A stretch of 37,822 nucleotides of DNA, from positions 1-37,822 of the forward strand of contig JBFWLW010000019.1 of NCBI GenBank assembly GCA_050251945.1, read 5' to 3'. The notes beneath the pieces are model-generated. The model was not told where the DNA came from. It ran no database searches and worked only from the letters and a program-made list of their open reading frames with translations. Of the stretch, positions 1-8,672 are shown in pieces; position 1 is the first letter of the stretch, and every line of letters starts with the position of its first letter. Source of the stretch: Deferribacterales bacterium (GTDB lineage: Bacteria > Chrysiogenota > Deferribacteres > Deferribacterales > Geovibrionaceae). Both the position numbers and the translations under genes were made by a program.

Positions 1-93
1 ATCGGAAAAGCTCTCGAAAAAGTGACTTACTCTGATTTATATGGATGGTTTAAGCATGCCGGATATACGACATAAATTTCGTGAAATGCTCTA
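1..93 (+). mobile_element. Right end of IS630-family insertion sequence (transposase C-terminus plus right terminal inverted repeat)
   Basis: Frame 1 reads IGKALEKVTYSDLYGWFKHAGYTT* (stop 73-75), an IS630-like GWF.H.GY C-terminus. Bases 76-93 (ATTTCGTGAAATGCTCTA) match the reverse complement of 37702-37719 at 17/18 positions and end in TA within CTAG (91-94). Confidence 0.88.
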
Positions 94-149
94 GCCGAAG
101 GCTGAATGAGTCCACTTTAAACTATTTGTCGAATAAAGCGAAGCAATCC
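91..149 (+). repeat. 3' part of a long-form CGTC-type REP element, interrupted by the IS
   Basis: CTAGCCGAAGGCTGAATGAGTCCACTTT...TTGTCGA...CGAAGCAATCC matches the reverse complement of 33761-33822. Confidence 0.85.
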
Positions 150-191
150 GGTCTTTTCTCTTCTTTGTCATCAGTCTGAAGCCGGTTTTTT

Positions 192-1091
192 TTATCTGTC
201 GGATACGATCCTGTTTTTCCCGCCAGACCGCTTCGCTTCATACATAAGGCTGTCCGCCTTTTCTATAAGCATCTCAGCCGGACATGAGGCGTCTTTGAAA
301 ACCGTAACCCCGATGCTGGCTCCGACGCTGCACTCAAGTCCAGTGCTTGCGGTTATCGGTCGCTCTATCCCTTTCAGTATTTTTTCTGCCAGAACGGAAG
401 CGTCGGCAGGGGTTTTTATGTCGTTGAGCAGGATAACGAACTCGTCTCCGCCTATGCGTGCCACGGTATCTGCGCCTCTCAGTGCGCTTTTAAGCCTGCG
501 GGCTGTTTCGCAAAGTACCTCGTCGCCTATCTTGTGTCCGAAGGTGTCGTTGATGGGCTTGAATTTGTTCAGGTCTATGAACAACAGCGCACAGAAGGTC
601 GACCCGCGTTCGCATCTCTGCATTGCTACTTCTATGCGGTCTGCCAGCATCGCGCGGTTGGGAAGCCCCGTGAGTGTGTCGTGGAGCGCCTGATGCAGGT
701 ATTCCTCTGTTTTGCTCTGCTGTTCGCTGGATTCTTTGTACTTACAGAGTGCGTCTTCAAGCACGCTTATAAGATTATCTATCTCGAAGGGTTTCGTAAG
801 AAAACGATGCACGTTCGCCTTGTTTATGGCGTCCATTGTGTTGTTCAGGTCTGCGTAGCCTGTGAGCATTATCCGCACAGTGTCCGGCGATACGGATTTT
901 ACATGTTCGAGGAAATCCACCCCGTTAAGCCCCGGCATCTGCATGTCGGAGAGCGCCACAGCGAAATTGTCTTTTTCCAATGCATCAATTGCGTCGAGAG
1001 GATTGCTGAACAGAGATATGTCAAACCTGCGCAGGTTGCGCTTCATTGACGCCAGAATGTTCAGATCGTCGTCAAGAATAAGTATTTTCAT
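192..1091 (-). CDS. Response regulator diguanylate cyclase (REC-GGDEF)
   Basis: N-terminal REC (ILDDD, SDMQMP, LTG, KP), then HDTLTGLPNR, an intact GGDEF (ARIGGDEF) and an RxxD I-site (RGAD) five residues upstream. Confidence 0.95.
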   Translation of the reverse strand: MKILILDDDLNILASMKRNLRRFDISLFSNPLDAIDALEKDNFAVALSDMQMPGLNGVDFLEHVKSVSPDTVRIMLTGYADLNNTMDAINKANVHRFLTKPFEIDNLISVLEDALCKYKESSEQQSKTEEYLHQALHDTLTGLPNRAMLADRIEVAMQRCERGSTFCALLFIDLNKFKPINDTFGHKIGDEVLCETARRLKSALRGADTVARIGGDEFVILLNDIKTPADASVLAEKILKGIERPITASTGLECSVGASIGVTVFKDASCPAEMLIEKADSLMYEAKRSGGKNRIVSDR

Positions 1092-1100
1092 AGTCTCTCC

Positions 1101-2210
1101 TTAAATCAGAACCTTTATGGGTTCCTTAACGCCGCACGATCTGCCGTAGTTCACCAGCCGCATGATGATTACGTCGTTAAGCTCCTGTCCTTTTTTGCAG
1201 AGGAGCAGGTTGTCGACAGTGAGAACGTCCTCGTCCAGAACCATCTGTTCGCGCAGTTCGGATATTTTCAGCGAACGCAGAACATGACCTGAGCGCGTTC
1301 CAACGGTCTCCTGAAGCGCATTTATCAGGTCAATGCCGTAAATGTTCACTTTGTTTTTTATGGTGGTGAGGGCGCTGTGAAGACCCGTTTGCTTTTCAAG
1401 TTCCAGAAACTCCATGGCAAGGTTGAGAATACGCACGGAGACCGGCTGTTTTGCATCCGATTCCGAAAGGATGCGCTGTTTTTTAATGAGTTCTGCAACG
1501 CCGCCGAGTCTTGGTATGTTTGCCACGAGACCTGCGCCGTTTTCGGGATAAGAACGGTATATCTGCATTTCCGCCGGAGTGAGTTCTTTTTCGTTTATTA
1601 TCTTTTTAAGTATGTCGGCGGGCAGGGCTATGTAACCCAGATAAACCAGCATTGAGGCGACCTCAAGCTGCCACTGCTGTTCCACTTTAACCTTTGAAAT
1701 AAGGTTTCCTACAAGTTTTTTAACGTTCTCGCTTCTGCCGAACACCTCGGGGCTGTGCATTGAAAGGACGTTAACGAGCATCTTTACGCTGCCTTGCAGA
1801 GTGTCGCGCAGAAGCTCCTTTTCAGCCATTACCAGCCTGTACTGTTCCGCGCAGGTTTTCAGGGTTTGTTTCAGAAGTTCCACAGAACAGGGCTTCGTGA
1901 GGAACCGGAAGATGTTGCCCTCGTTAACGGCGTTCACCGCCGTGTCTATGTCCGCGTAACCTGTCAGCATTATGCGAACGGTGTTCGGGCTTATCCTTTT
2001 TGCACTTCGCAGAACGTCGATACCGCTTATTTTGGGCATTTTCAGGTCGCTTACCACGACGGAGAAAGGGTGCTGGGAGGAAATCTTCAGCATTGAAAGC
2101 CCCTCCTCAGGAGATGCGGCGGTTTCTATATCAAAGTCTCTGCGCAGATTCCTTTTGAATGATGCCAGTATATTTTCGTCATCGTCGATAAAGAGTATTC
2201 TATCGTTCAT
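1101..2210 (-). CDS. Response regulator with degenerate HD-GYP-like output domain
   Basis: REC domain (FIDDD, SDLKMP, LTKP). The C-terminal region follows the HD-GYP layout, but LVYLGYIALP replaces LHDIGK. Start overlaps the upstream stop (ATGA). Confidence 0.88.
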   Translation of the reverse strand: MNDRILFIDDDENILASFKRNLRRDFDIETAASPEEGLSMLKISSQHPFSVVVSDLKMPKISGIDVLRSAKRISPNTVRIMLTGYADIDTAVNAVNEGNIFRFLTKPCSVELLKQTLKTCAEQYRLVMAEKELLRDTLQGSVKMLVNVLSMHSPEVFGRSENVKKLVGNLISKVKVEQQWQLEVASMLVYLGYIALPADILKKIINEKELTPAEMQIYRSYPENGAGLVANIPRLGGVAELIKKQRILSESDAKQPVSVRILNLAMEFLELEKQTGLHSALTTIKNKVNIYGIDLINALQETVGTRSGHVLRSLKISELREQMVLDEDVLTVDNLLLCKKGQELNDVIIMRLVNYGRSCGVKEPIKVLI

Positions 2211-3418
2211 TGTGCCGTCTCTTCACATATATTTTTTGCCAGCGTCTCAAGCCCCGTTATGGAGTCCGTCAGTCCTATGCGTGCTATATAGTCTTCATCC
2301 AGAGTGTGTTCGTCATAATTTTCATTGAATACCACATGTTTGTGTTCAAAAACGTTTGCAAGATGAACAGCGGTGAGCGGCGAAATACCTTCGTTGATGC
2401 TCAGGTTCGGCGTGTGGTGCAGTGCCACCGCCTCGACAATGCTGTTTGGCAGTCCCCACAGACCAAGAAGATACGCGCCGATTTCCGAGTGGGTGACCCC
2501 GAGGATGTCCTTTTCCGACACCCAGAGTGATTTGTTTCCCTGTTTGGAGTTGTCTATTATGACTTTATATGTGACTTTAAAGTTTGCGAGCATGATAAGC
2601 TTGCCGATGTCGTGGAGTATTCCCGCTATGAAGCAGTCGTCCACGGTCTTCTGGTTCATTTTGCATTGAACTGCCACCGCCTTGGATATGCGCGCAACGA
2701 GGATGCTGTGCGACATCATCTTTTCCAGCGAAAAACTGTCGGTGTCCTCCCCTTTGAAGGAGTGAAAAAGGTGGGATGTGAGCAGAACGCCCTTAACGAC
2801 GTCCAGACCCAGAAGGCTGACCGCCTGTGTAGGGCTTGATATGTGGTTGGCAAACCCGAAAAATGATGAATTGACCAGTTTCAGCACGTTTGCGCTCATG
2901 CCCACGTCGCTGGATATCAGCGCGCCGACCTTTGCAACGGAGCAGTCCTCGCTGTTCATCTCCTCAACCACTTTAAGATAGATATCAGGAAGAGACGGCA
3001 GAGATTCTATTCTGGACACCATCGTCTTGACGTCCTCGTTCTTGAGTATCTTGTGAAGGCTGTATGCCATGTTGATTGTTTCTTTTATCTTTTCGGCAGG
3101 GCAGGGCTTTGTAAGGAACTGGTGAGCCATTTTTATGGATTTCATTATCATATTCTTGTCGGAATGACCCGACAGGATTATCCGTATCACACCCGGGTAT
3201 TTTGACTGAACCTGCGCCAGCAGTTCCACACCGTCCATCTCCGGCATCCGCATGTCGGTGACGATTATATCAACATGCTTTTTGGACAGGAAGTTCATAG
3301 CCTCTTTTCCGTTGTTCACGAAGCTCATGTCCCATTCGCTCTTCATTGATATGAGCATACGCCGAAGCCCGTCCAGAATGTTTACTTCGTCGTCAACAAA
3401 TAATACGCTTTTTTTCAT
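2207..3418 (-). CDS. Response regulator with HDOD domain (REC-HDOD)
   Basis: REC (FVDDE, TDMRMP) plus HDOD motifs LPSLP, LKLVNSSFFG, AGILHDIGK, HSEIGAYLLGLWGLP. Confidence 0.93.
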   Translation of the reverse strand: MKKSVLFVDDEVNILDGLRRMLISMKSEWDMSFVNNGKEAMNFLSKKHVDIIVTDMRMPEMDGVELLAQVQSKYPGVIRIILSGHSDKNMIMKSIKMAHQFLTKPCPAEKIKETINMAYSLHKILKNEDVKTMVSRIESLPSLPDIYLKVVEEMNSEDCSVAKVGALISSDVGMSANVLKLVNSSFFGFANHISSPTQAVSLLGLDVVKGVLLTSHLFHSFKGEDTDSFSLEKMMSHSILVARISKAVAVQCKMNQKTVDDCFIAGILHDIGKLIMLANFKVTYKVIIDNSKQGNKSLWVSEKDILGVTHSEIGAYLLGLWGLPNSIVEAVALHHTPNLSINEGISPLTAVHLANVFEHKHVVFNENYDEHTLDEDYIARIGLTDSITGLETLAKNICEETAQ

Positions 3419-5982
3419 CCTACATGCTCCGCTGAATCAAAATGTCTTTTGTCTGTGTCTTCGTCTGTTTCTATGGGTATTTCTATGATAAACAAGGTTC
3501 CGACGTCTCCGTCCACCTCGAAGTAGATACGACCTGAGTGCTTTTTAACGATTATCTGATGGGAGATGGCAAGTCCCTGTCCGGTGCCTTTGCCTATCTC
3601 TTTTGTTGTGAAGAACGGGTCGAACACTTTGTGGCGTATGGATTCGGGTATGCCGCCCCCTGTATCCTTTATCGTTATCCGCACCCATCTTCCGATGTTG
3701 CGTGTGGAAATTGTTATTTTACCTTTACCACCGCTGTTTTTCATTTTGGCTTCAATAGCCTGTGCGGCGTTGACCACTATGTTCAGTATCACCTGATTGA
3801 AGTCCCCCGGAAAACACGGGACAAACGGCAGGGTATCGTCGAAATCGGTCTCTATCTCTGAATAGTATTTCCATTCGTTACGGGTTATGGTTATGGTGTT
3901 TTCGATGGCACTGTTGATGTCTATGGGCTGTCTGTCCTCTCTGTCCGGGTGGGAGAATTTCTTCATGGCGCGGACTATGGACGCTACCCTGTCAACGCCT
4001 TCAATGGACTGGTTTATAGCCGCTGGAACCTCTTCTCTGATGAAGCTGAGGTCTGCATCTTTAACCTTTTCGGTAAAAGCCGCGAAGGATTCTGCAAAAT
4101 CCTTGTCTCCGGTGTTTTTTTCTGCAAGCGCCTGCGCAGTGTCTATCATATCCATGAACGCCTCGAACGACTGCATAAGAAACCGGGCGTTGTCGCCTAT
4201 ATACTGTATCGGCGTGTTTATCTCATGGGCAATCCCTGCCGCCAGGGAGCCGATTGATTCAAGCTTCTGGGCTATGCTGAGCTGGCGTTCAAGCGTCTTT
4301 TGTTCCGTGATATCGAAAAGGATTATCGCCTGACGGGGTTTTCCGTGCCATGTGATGTCCAGAACGGTCTTTCCCGCCGGTATCTTTGTTCCGTCCGCGT
4401 GAGTTATGAATATTTCGGAAGAACTTCCTGAAAGGTCGGAAGTGATAAAAACATCCGCAACGTGGGGGAACTTGTCCCATTTAAGGTTCCTGTGATCGGT
4501 ACCGTCAAACTGAAGCAGTCTGACTGCTTCGTCGTTCATTGATCTTATGCTTCTGCTTTGAGGGTCGGTAATTATTATCGCCGCTTTTATGCCCTTAAGG
4601 ACGGTATCCATGAACGCTTCGTTCTCTTTAAGCACCATATTCGCCGTGACCTGATTGGTAACGTCCACCAGAACGCCCTGATAGTTATATCCCGGATTGT
4701 CGCCTTCCTCTTTCCAGAGATAATCGTCCACCCACCTGTATTCACCTGCGCTGTTGCGTATGCGGTAAGTGAGCACCTGAATATCCTTTCTGCCGGCGTT
4801 TATACATTTGTTGTTTGTCATGACGTTTTCCGCTTCGTCAGGATGTATCAGACTGCAAAACTGTATGGTACCGTTATAAAAATCTTCAGGTGAGTAGCCA
4901 AGCCCCTCTATGCTTTTCGATACGAAAAGCGGACGGCGCAGATTGCTCTTTATCTCCCAGTTAAAGGTAACGACAGGGCTTTTGTTGACTATCTGATCCA
5001 GTTTGCTGAGCTGTATGTTCGCATTTTTAAGCTTATACTGCGTTCTGTTTCTGGAGAGAGTGACGCCCACACTGGCGCTGATGCGCTCATAGAAGACAAT
5101 ATCCTCGTACGAGAACTCGTTAACGTCGCTGCTGAACAGTTTCAATGTGCCTATCATATCGTTGTCGGCGTGCAGCGGGATAAGTGCGATCGCGCTGTAG
5201 CCCTTGTCGAGCATTTCGTAATCTATGCGTAAAGACGGGTTGAGGGTGAAAAGCTGCGGAGCGTCCGCAGGCAGGCTGTTTGTCCAGAAAGCTCCTCTGG
5301 GGGTGAAGAAATGCATGGATGAATCCGTTCCGCCGGACATTATGATATCCGAGATTATGTCGATGATACTGTACCATCCGTCCGGTTTTATCTCTTTTGG
5401 TGCCGTGATGTCCGATGTGCTGTATGAAAGATTTTCCGTGAAGCTTGCGTCCTTTGTGAACGAGATGGATATCTCGTCGATGCCAGTCATGGATTTGATT
5501 ATGAACAGGATATCGCTTATTGCCTGTTCGCCGTTCTCTGCAATGTTCAGAAGCTCAAGAACCTGTGTGGAGAGCCGCAGTTTGCCCTGACTTTTCAGGA
5601 GCATCTGCTCGGTCTCTTTTCTTTGATGCGCTATCTCTATGATGGCATTCAGCATGGACATTCTGTAAGGTTTCTGTATGAAACCGTAAGGACTTTTAGC
5701 CAGCATCTCCTGAACGAGACTGTCGTCGTCCGCCCCTGTTAGAAAGATTATCGGTATGTCCTGCTGTGCGGTGATTATCTCTGCCGCCTGAATACCGTTC
5801 ATGCCGCTTTTAAGAATGATATCCATAAGGATAATATCCGGCTGGTGTTCTGCCGAGGCGTGTATAGCCTCTTCACCGGAATGACATATTCCGACGACCC
5901 CGTAACCTGATTCGATGAGAGCCAGCTTAAGCACAATGGCAGTGCTTGGCGAGTCGTCAACAATCAATATATTTCTGGACAT
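3415..5982 (-). CDS. Hybrid sensor histidine kinase (REC-GAF-PAS-PAS-HisKA-HATPase)
   Basis: N-terminal REC, GAF-like IALIPL..IGTL, PAS/PAC (IHPDE, YRIR...YRWV), H-box AGIAHEINTP, N-box NIVVNA, G1 DTGGGI, FDPFFTTK..GKGTGQGL. No transmembrane helix seen. Confidence 0.95.
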   Translation of the reverse strand: MSRNILIVDDSPSTAIVLKLALIESGYGVVGICHSGEEAIHASAEHQPDIILMDIILKSGMNGIQAAEIITAQQDIPIIFLTGADDDSLVQEMLAKSPYGFIQKPYRMSMLNAIIEIAHQRKETEQMLLKSQGKLRLSTQVLELLNIAENGEQAISDILFIIKSMTGIDEISISFTKDASFTENLSYSTSDITAPKEIKPDGWYSIIDIISDIIMSGGTDSSMHFFTPRGAFWTNSLPADAPQLFTLNPSLRIDYEMLDKGYSAIALIPLHADNDMIGTLKLFSSDVNEFSYEDIVFYERISASVGVTLSRNRTQYKLKNANIQLSKLDQIVNKSPVVTFNWEIKSNLRRPLFVSKSIEGLGYSPEDFYNGTIQFCSLIHPDEAENVMTNNKCINAGRKDIQVLTYRIRNSAGEYRWVDDYLWKEEGDNPGYNYQGVLVDVTNQVTANMVLKENEAFMDTVLKGIKAAIIITDPQSRSIRSMNDEAVRLLQFDGTDHRNLKWDKFPHVADVFITSDLSGSSSEIFITHADGTKIPAGKTVLDITWHGKPRQAIILFDITEQKTLERQLSIAQKLESIGSLAAGIAHEINTPIQYIGDNARFLMQSFEAFMDMIDTAQALAEKNTGDKDFAESFAAFTEKVKDADLSFIREEVPAAINQSIEGVDRVASIVRAMKKFSHPDREDRQPIDINSAIENTITITRNEWKYYSEIETDFDDTLPFVPCFPGDFNQVILNIVVNAAQAIEAKMKNSGGKGKITISTRNIGRWVRITIKDTGGGIPESIRHKVFDPFFTTKEIGKGTGQGLAISHQIIVKKHSGRIYFEVDGDVGTLFIIEIPIETDEDTDKRHFDSAEHVG

Positions 5983-6253
5983 AAATTAACTCCGAAATAC
6001 ATACATTTTCGTATTGTGTTTGTTTGATACAGTTTAAAGTATGATATAGAAATATCCAGTCAATAAAGATTTTTCGGAATTCCATAAAAAAACTATGTTC
6101 ATAATTATTCGTATAAAAATTAAAAATTTCCAAAATGACAAAAAATTATTTTGCAACTATGAATTATCTCTGCAAAAAGATTAAACATACCGTTTCACTG
6201 TTTTTTATTGCTTCGCTGACAATGAAATATTATACTTTGGCATCGGGGTACGG

Positions 6254-7258
6254 ATGAACAAAAAAGTATTGAGTATTTCTGCTGTTTTGCTTGCTGTTGT
6301 CATAATTCTTCTGATAATAGACTCGACCCTTGATCGACCCGTCGTTACTAATAAAATAATCAAAGCGATATATCCCGACTGGGATCCTGAAAAGAAACAA
6401 GGGCAGAAGGATGATGAAGCCGCCGCACAACAGGCGGAAGAGGATCTGTCAGCATCTGAGCAGACCGCAGAGAATGCTTCCGATGCCAATGACGTTCTAT
6501 CCTATGCCGAAAGCCGTACGCCTATGATGCAGGCTGTTATGAAGGGTGACGAAAAGAAGCTGGCGGAACTTATAAACTCCGGCAGCGCAGATATCAATAA
6601 GCAGGATATGCTTGGGTTTACAGCTCTTAATCTTGCTGTTTACATGGGCAAAGGGCAGGCTGTCAAAACTCTTCTCATAGGCGGGGCGAACCCCAACATT
6701 TCCGACATAGACGGCATGACCCCCACAGCTCACGCATCCAGACAGAAACGGCTGAGCCTTGCGAAGCTGCTTCTTGAGAGGGGTGCAAACCCGAACAAAC
6801 CGAATAACGAAGGACAGACCCCGCTGATGATAGCCGCTCACTACGGGCATGAAGACCTTGCGGAACTCCTTCTGCACAATAACGCCGATATTAATACAAA
6901 AGATAAACTGGGACGGACGGCTCTTATAGAGGCGTCGGCGAACGGATACACCAATATAGTGCTTTCCCTTCTCAGTCTCGGTGCGGACAAAACCGCTCGC
7001 GACAACGCAGGTCAGACTGCGCAGGACTACGCCTTCCGCTTCGGGCATGAGGACGTAGCGGAGATACTTTCAGGTCAGCAGGCACAGGAAGGAACGGTGG
7101 TCGGCGAACCCATGCCGGAAACTCCTGCGGACAATACGGCACCCGCACAGCCTTTGCTTAATCAGACCGTTCCCCAGACAGCCGCAGGTTCTGCTCAGGC
7201 TCAGCCCGCACCGCAGCAGAATCAGCAGCCGGCACAGTTCAGAAGCAACCTGCAATGA
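6254..7258 (+). CDS. Membrane-anchored ankyrin repeat protein
   Basis: N-terminal hydrophobic helix, repeated G.TPL/TAL..A...G...V..LL..GA ankyrin motifs (about 5-6), and a Q/P/A-rich tail. Confidence 0.92.
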   Translation: MNKKVLSISAVLLAVVIILLIIDSTLDRPVVTNKIIKAIYPDWDPEKKQGQKDDEAAAQQAEEDLSASEQTAENASDANDVLSYAESRTPMMQAVMKGDEKKLAELINSGSADINKQDMLGFTALNLAVYMGKGQAVKTLLIGGANPNISDIDGMTPTAHASRQKRLSLAKLLLERGANPNKPNNEGQTPLMIAAHYGHEDLAELLLHNNADINTKDKLGRTALIEASANGYTNIVLSLLSLGADKTARDNAGQTAQDYAFRFGHEDVAEILSGQQAQEGTVVGEPMPETPADNTAPAQPLLNQTVPQTAAGSAQAQPAPQQNQQPAQFRSNLQ

Positions 7259-7905
7259 ACCTCTCCCCCGTTTTTTTCAACAGAAATGCAATGCTTGTTG
7301 CAATTGAGCTTTTGGGTAAGGTCATAACCAGAGACGGAATGCGCCTTCGCATAGTGGAAACCGAGTGCTATTTTCTTACGGACAGAGGCAGTCACGCCTC
7401 GCTGGGATACACGGAAAAACGTAAAGCTCTGTTCATGGACGGCGGAACAATATACATGTACTATGCCCGCGGTAAACCTTCGCTTAATTTTTCAGCGCAC
7501 GGAGAGGGAAATGCGGTGCTTATAAAATCGGCGATAGCCGACTGCACGGGCGAACCGCTGTTGCGCATGCAGAGAAACAACCCAATGCCCGACGGCAGGG
7601 AGAGAGACGTTCAGAAGCTTGCATCCGGTCAGACACTGGTTTGCAGGTCGCTGGGCATTGATGTTAAAGGTTACGACGGAAAGCAGATAGACGACACGGA
7701 TATCCGTGTTACCGACGACGGATACAGACCGGAGCGAATCGTACAGACTGTGCGGCTCGGTATTCCGCAGGGCAGGGACGGGCATCTGCCGTTCCGCTTC
7801 ATAGATGAAAAATATCAGGACAGATGCACCGCAAAACCTAAAAAGGGCTTTTATGAGGTGTACGGATACGATGAGATTATTTCGCAGAATCAGAAATTTC
7901 TTTAA
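7255..7905 (+). CDS. mpg: DNA-3-methyladenine glycosylase (MPG/AAG family)
   Basis: LLGKV, RIVETECY, SHA, GTIYMY, AVLIKS and RLGI motifs of the MPG family. ATGA overlap with the ankyrin gene. Confidence 0.9.
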   Translation: MNLSPVFFNRNAMLVAIELLGKVITRDGMRLRIVETECYFLTDRGSHASLGYTEKRKALFMDGGTIYMYYARGKPSLNFSAHGEGNAVLIKSAIADCTGEPLLRMQRNNPMPDGRERDVQKLASGQTLVCRSLGIDVKGYDGKQIDDTDIRVTDDGYRPERIVQTVRLGIPQGRDGHLPFRFIDEKYQDRCTAKPKKGFYEVYGYDEIISQNQKFL

Positions 7906-8533
7906 TCCGACAATAGAATATGCAGGCGAGCTTTATGCCGTGGGGAACTTTCGCAAAGCGGCGAAAGTGCTTCGCAGGCACGCGGCAAACCCTGCCGCAT
8001 GTCTGACCCTTGCCATCATGTATGAGAACGGGCAGGGGGTGAAGAAGAACGTGCGGGCGGCGATAAATCTTTATTTTCTCAGCGCAAAGCTCGGTTCCCC
8101 CCATGCTATGCTCATTCTCGGCAACTATATGCGGCACGGAGTATACATGGAACAGAGGGCGGACGGCGCGCTTGAAATGTTTGAGGCGGCGGCGCAGAAG
8201 GGGCTTGCGGAGGCGCAGTATAAGGCAGGGCTTTATTATCTGCGCGGGCATACGGGCAAAAAGAATGTCGAAAAAGCCTTTGATTATTTCGAGAAAGCCG
8301 CGGAACAGGGCTTTGCGGCGGCACAGAACAAACTTGGGCTGCTTTTTGCGGGCGGCAGAGGAACCATACAGAGCGACGAGGACGCGGTCTATTGGTATAC
8401 AAAGGCGGCTGAACAGGGGCACGGAGAGGCGATGTATAACCTCGGATGTATGCTGAGCGGGGGACGCGGAACCAAAAGGGACAATAAAGAGGCTTTGCGG
8501 TGGTTTAAAGAGGCGGCGAAGCAGTACAGATGA
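7871..8533 (+). CDS. Sel1-like repeat protein
   Basis: Multiple A...LG..Y..G.G...D...A..W..KAAEQG repeats. Start placed at ATG 7871 (MRLFRR) to reduce overlap with mpg; the ORF is open from 7805. Confidence 0.88.
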   Translation: MRLFRRIRNFFNPTIEYAGELYAVGNFRKAAKVLRRHAANPAACLTLAIMYENGQGVKKNVRAAINLYFLSAKLGSPHAMLILGNYMRHGVYMEQRADGALEMFEAAAQKGLAEAQYKAGLYYLRGHTGKKNVEKAFDYFEKAAEQGFAAAQNKLGLLFAGGRGTIQSDEDAVYWYTKAAEQGHGEAMYNLGCMLSGGRGTKRDNKEALRWFKEAAKQYR

Positions 8534-8536
8534 AGC

Positions 8537-8604
8537 AGACTGCTTCACCTGCGGTTCGCAGAGACGGTATATGTCTTCGCGAAGACTTCAGTCCGACGCG
8601 ATCT
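8537..8604. repeat. Inverted doublet of CGTC-type REP palindromes
   Basis: AGACTGCTTCACCTGCGGTTCGCAGAGAC and GTCTTCGCGAAGACTTCAGTCCGACGCGATCT, the same family as 15781-15861 and 33636-33878. Confidence 0.8.
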
Positions 8605-8672
8605 GTGTTTTTTATTTGAATTTATGTGAAAATCGGTTGAAAATATTTAAGCACTTCTGTAACAATGATTCA

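Noticed and set aside
8571..8672. N-terminal extension of the MsbA-like ORF
   Set aside because: It starts at a REP doublet and runs through an AT-rich promoter-like region, so it is not protein-like.
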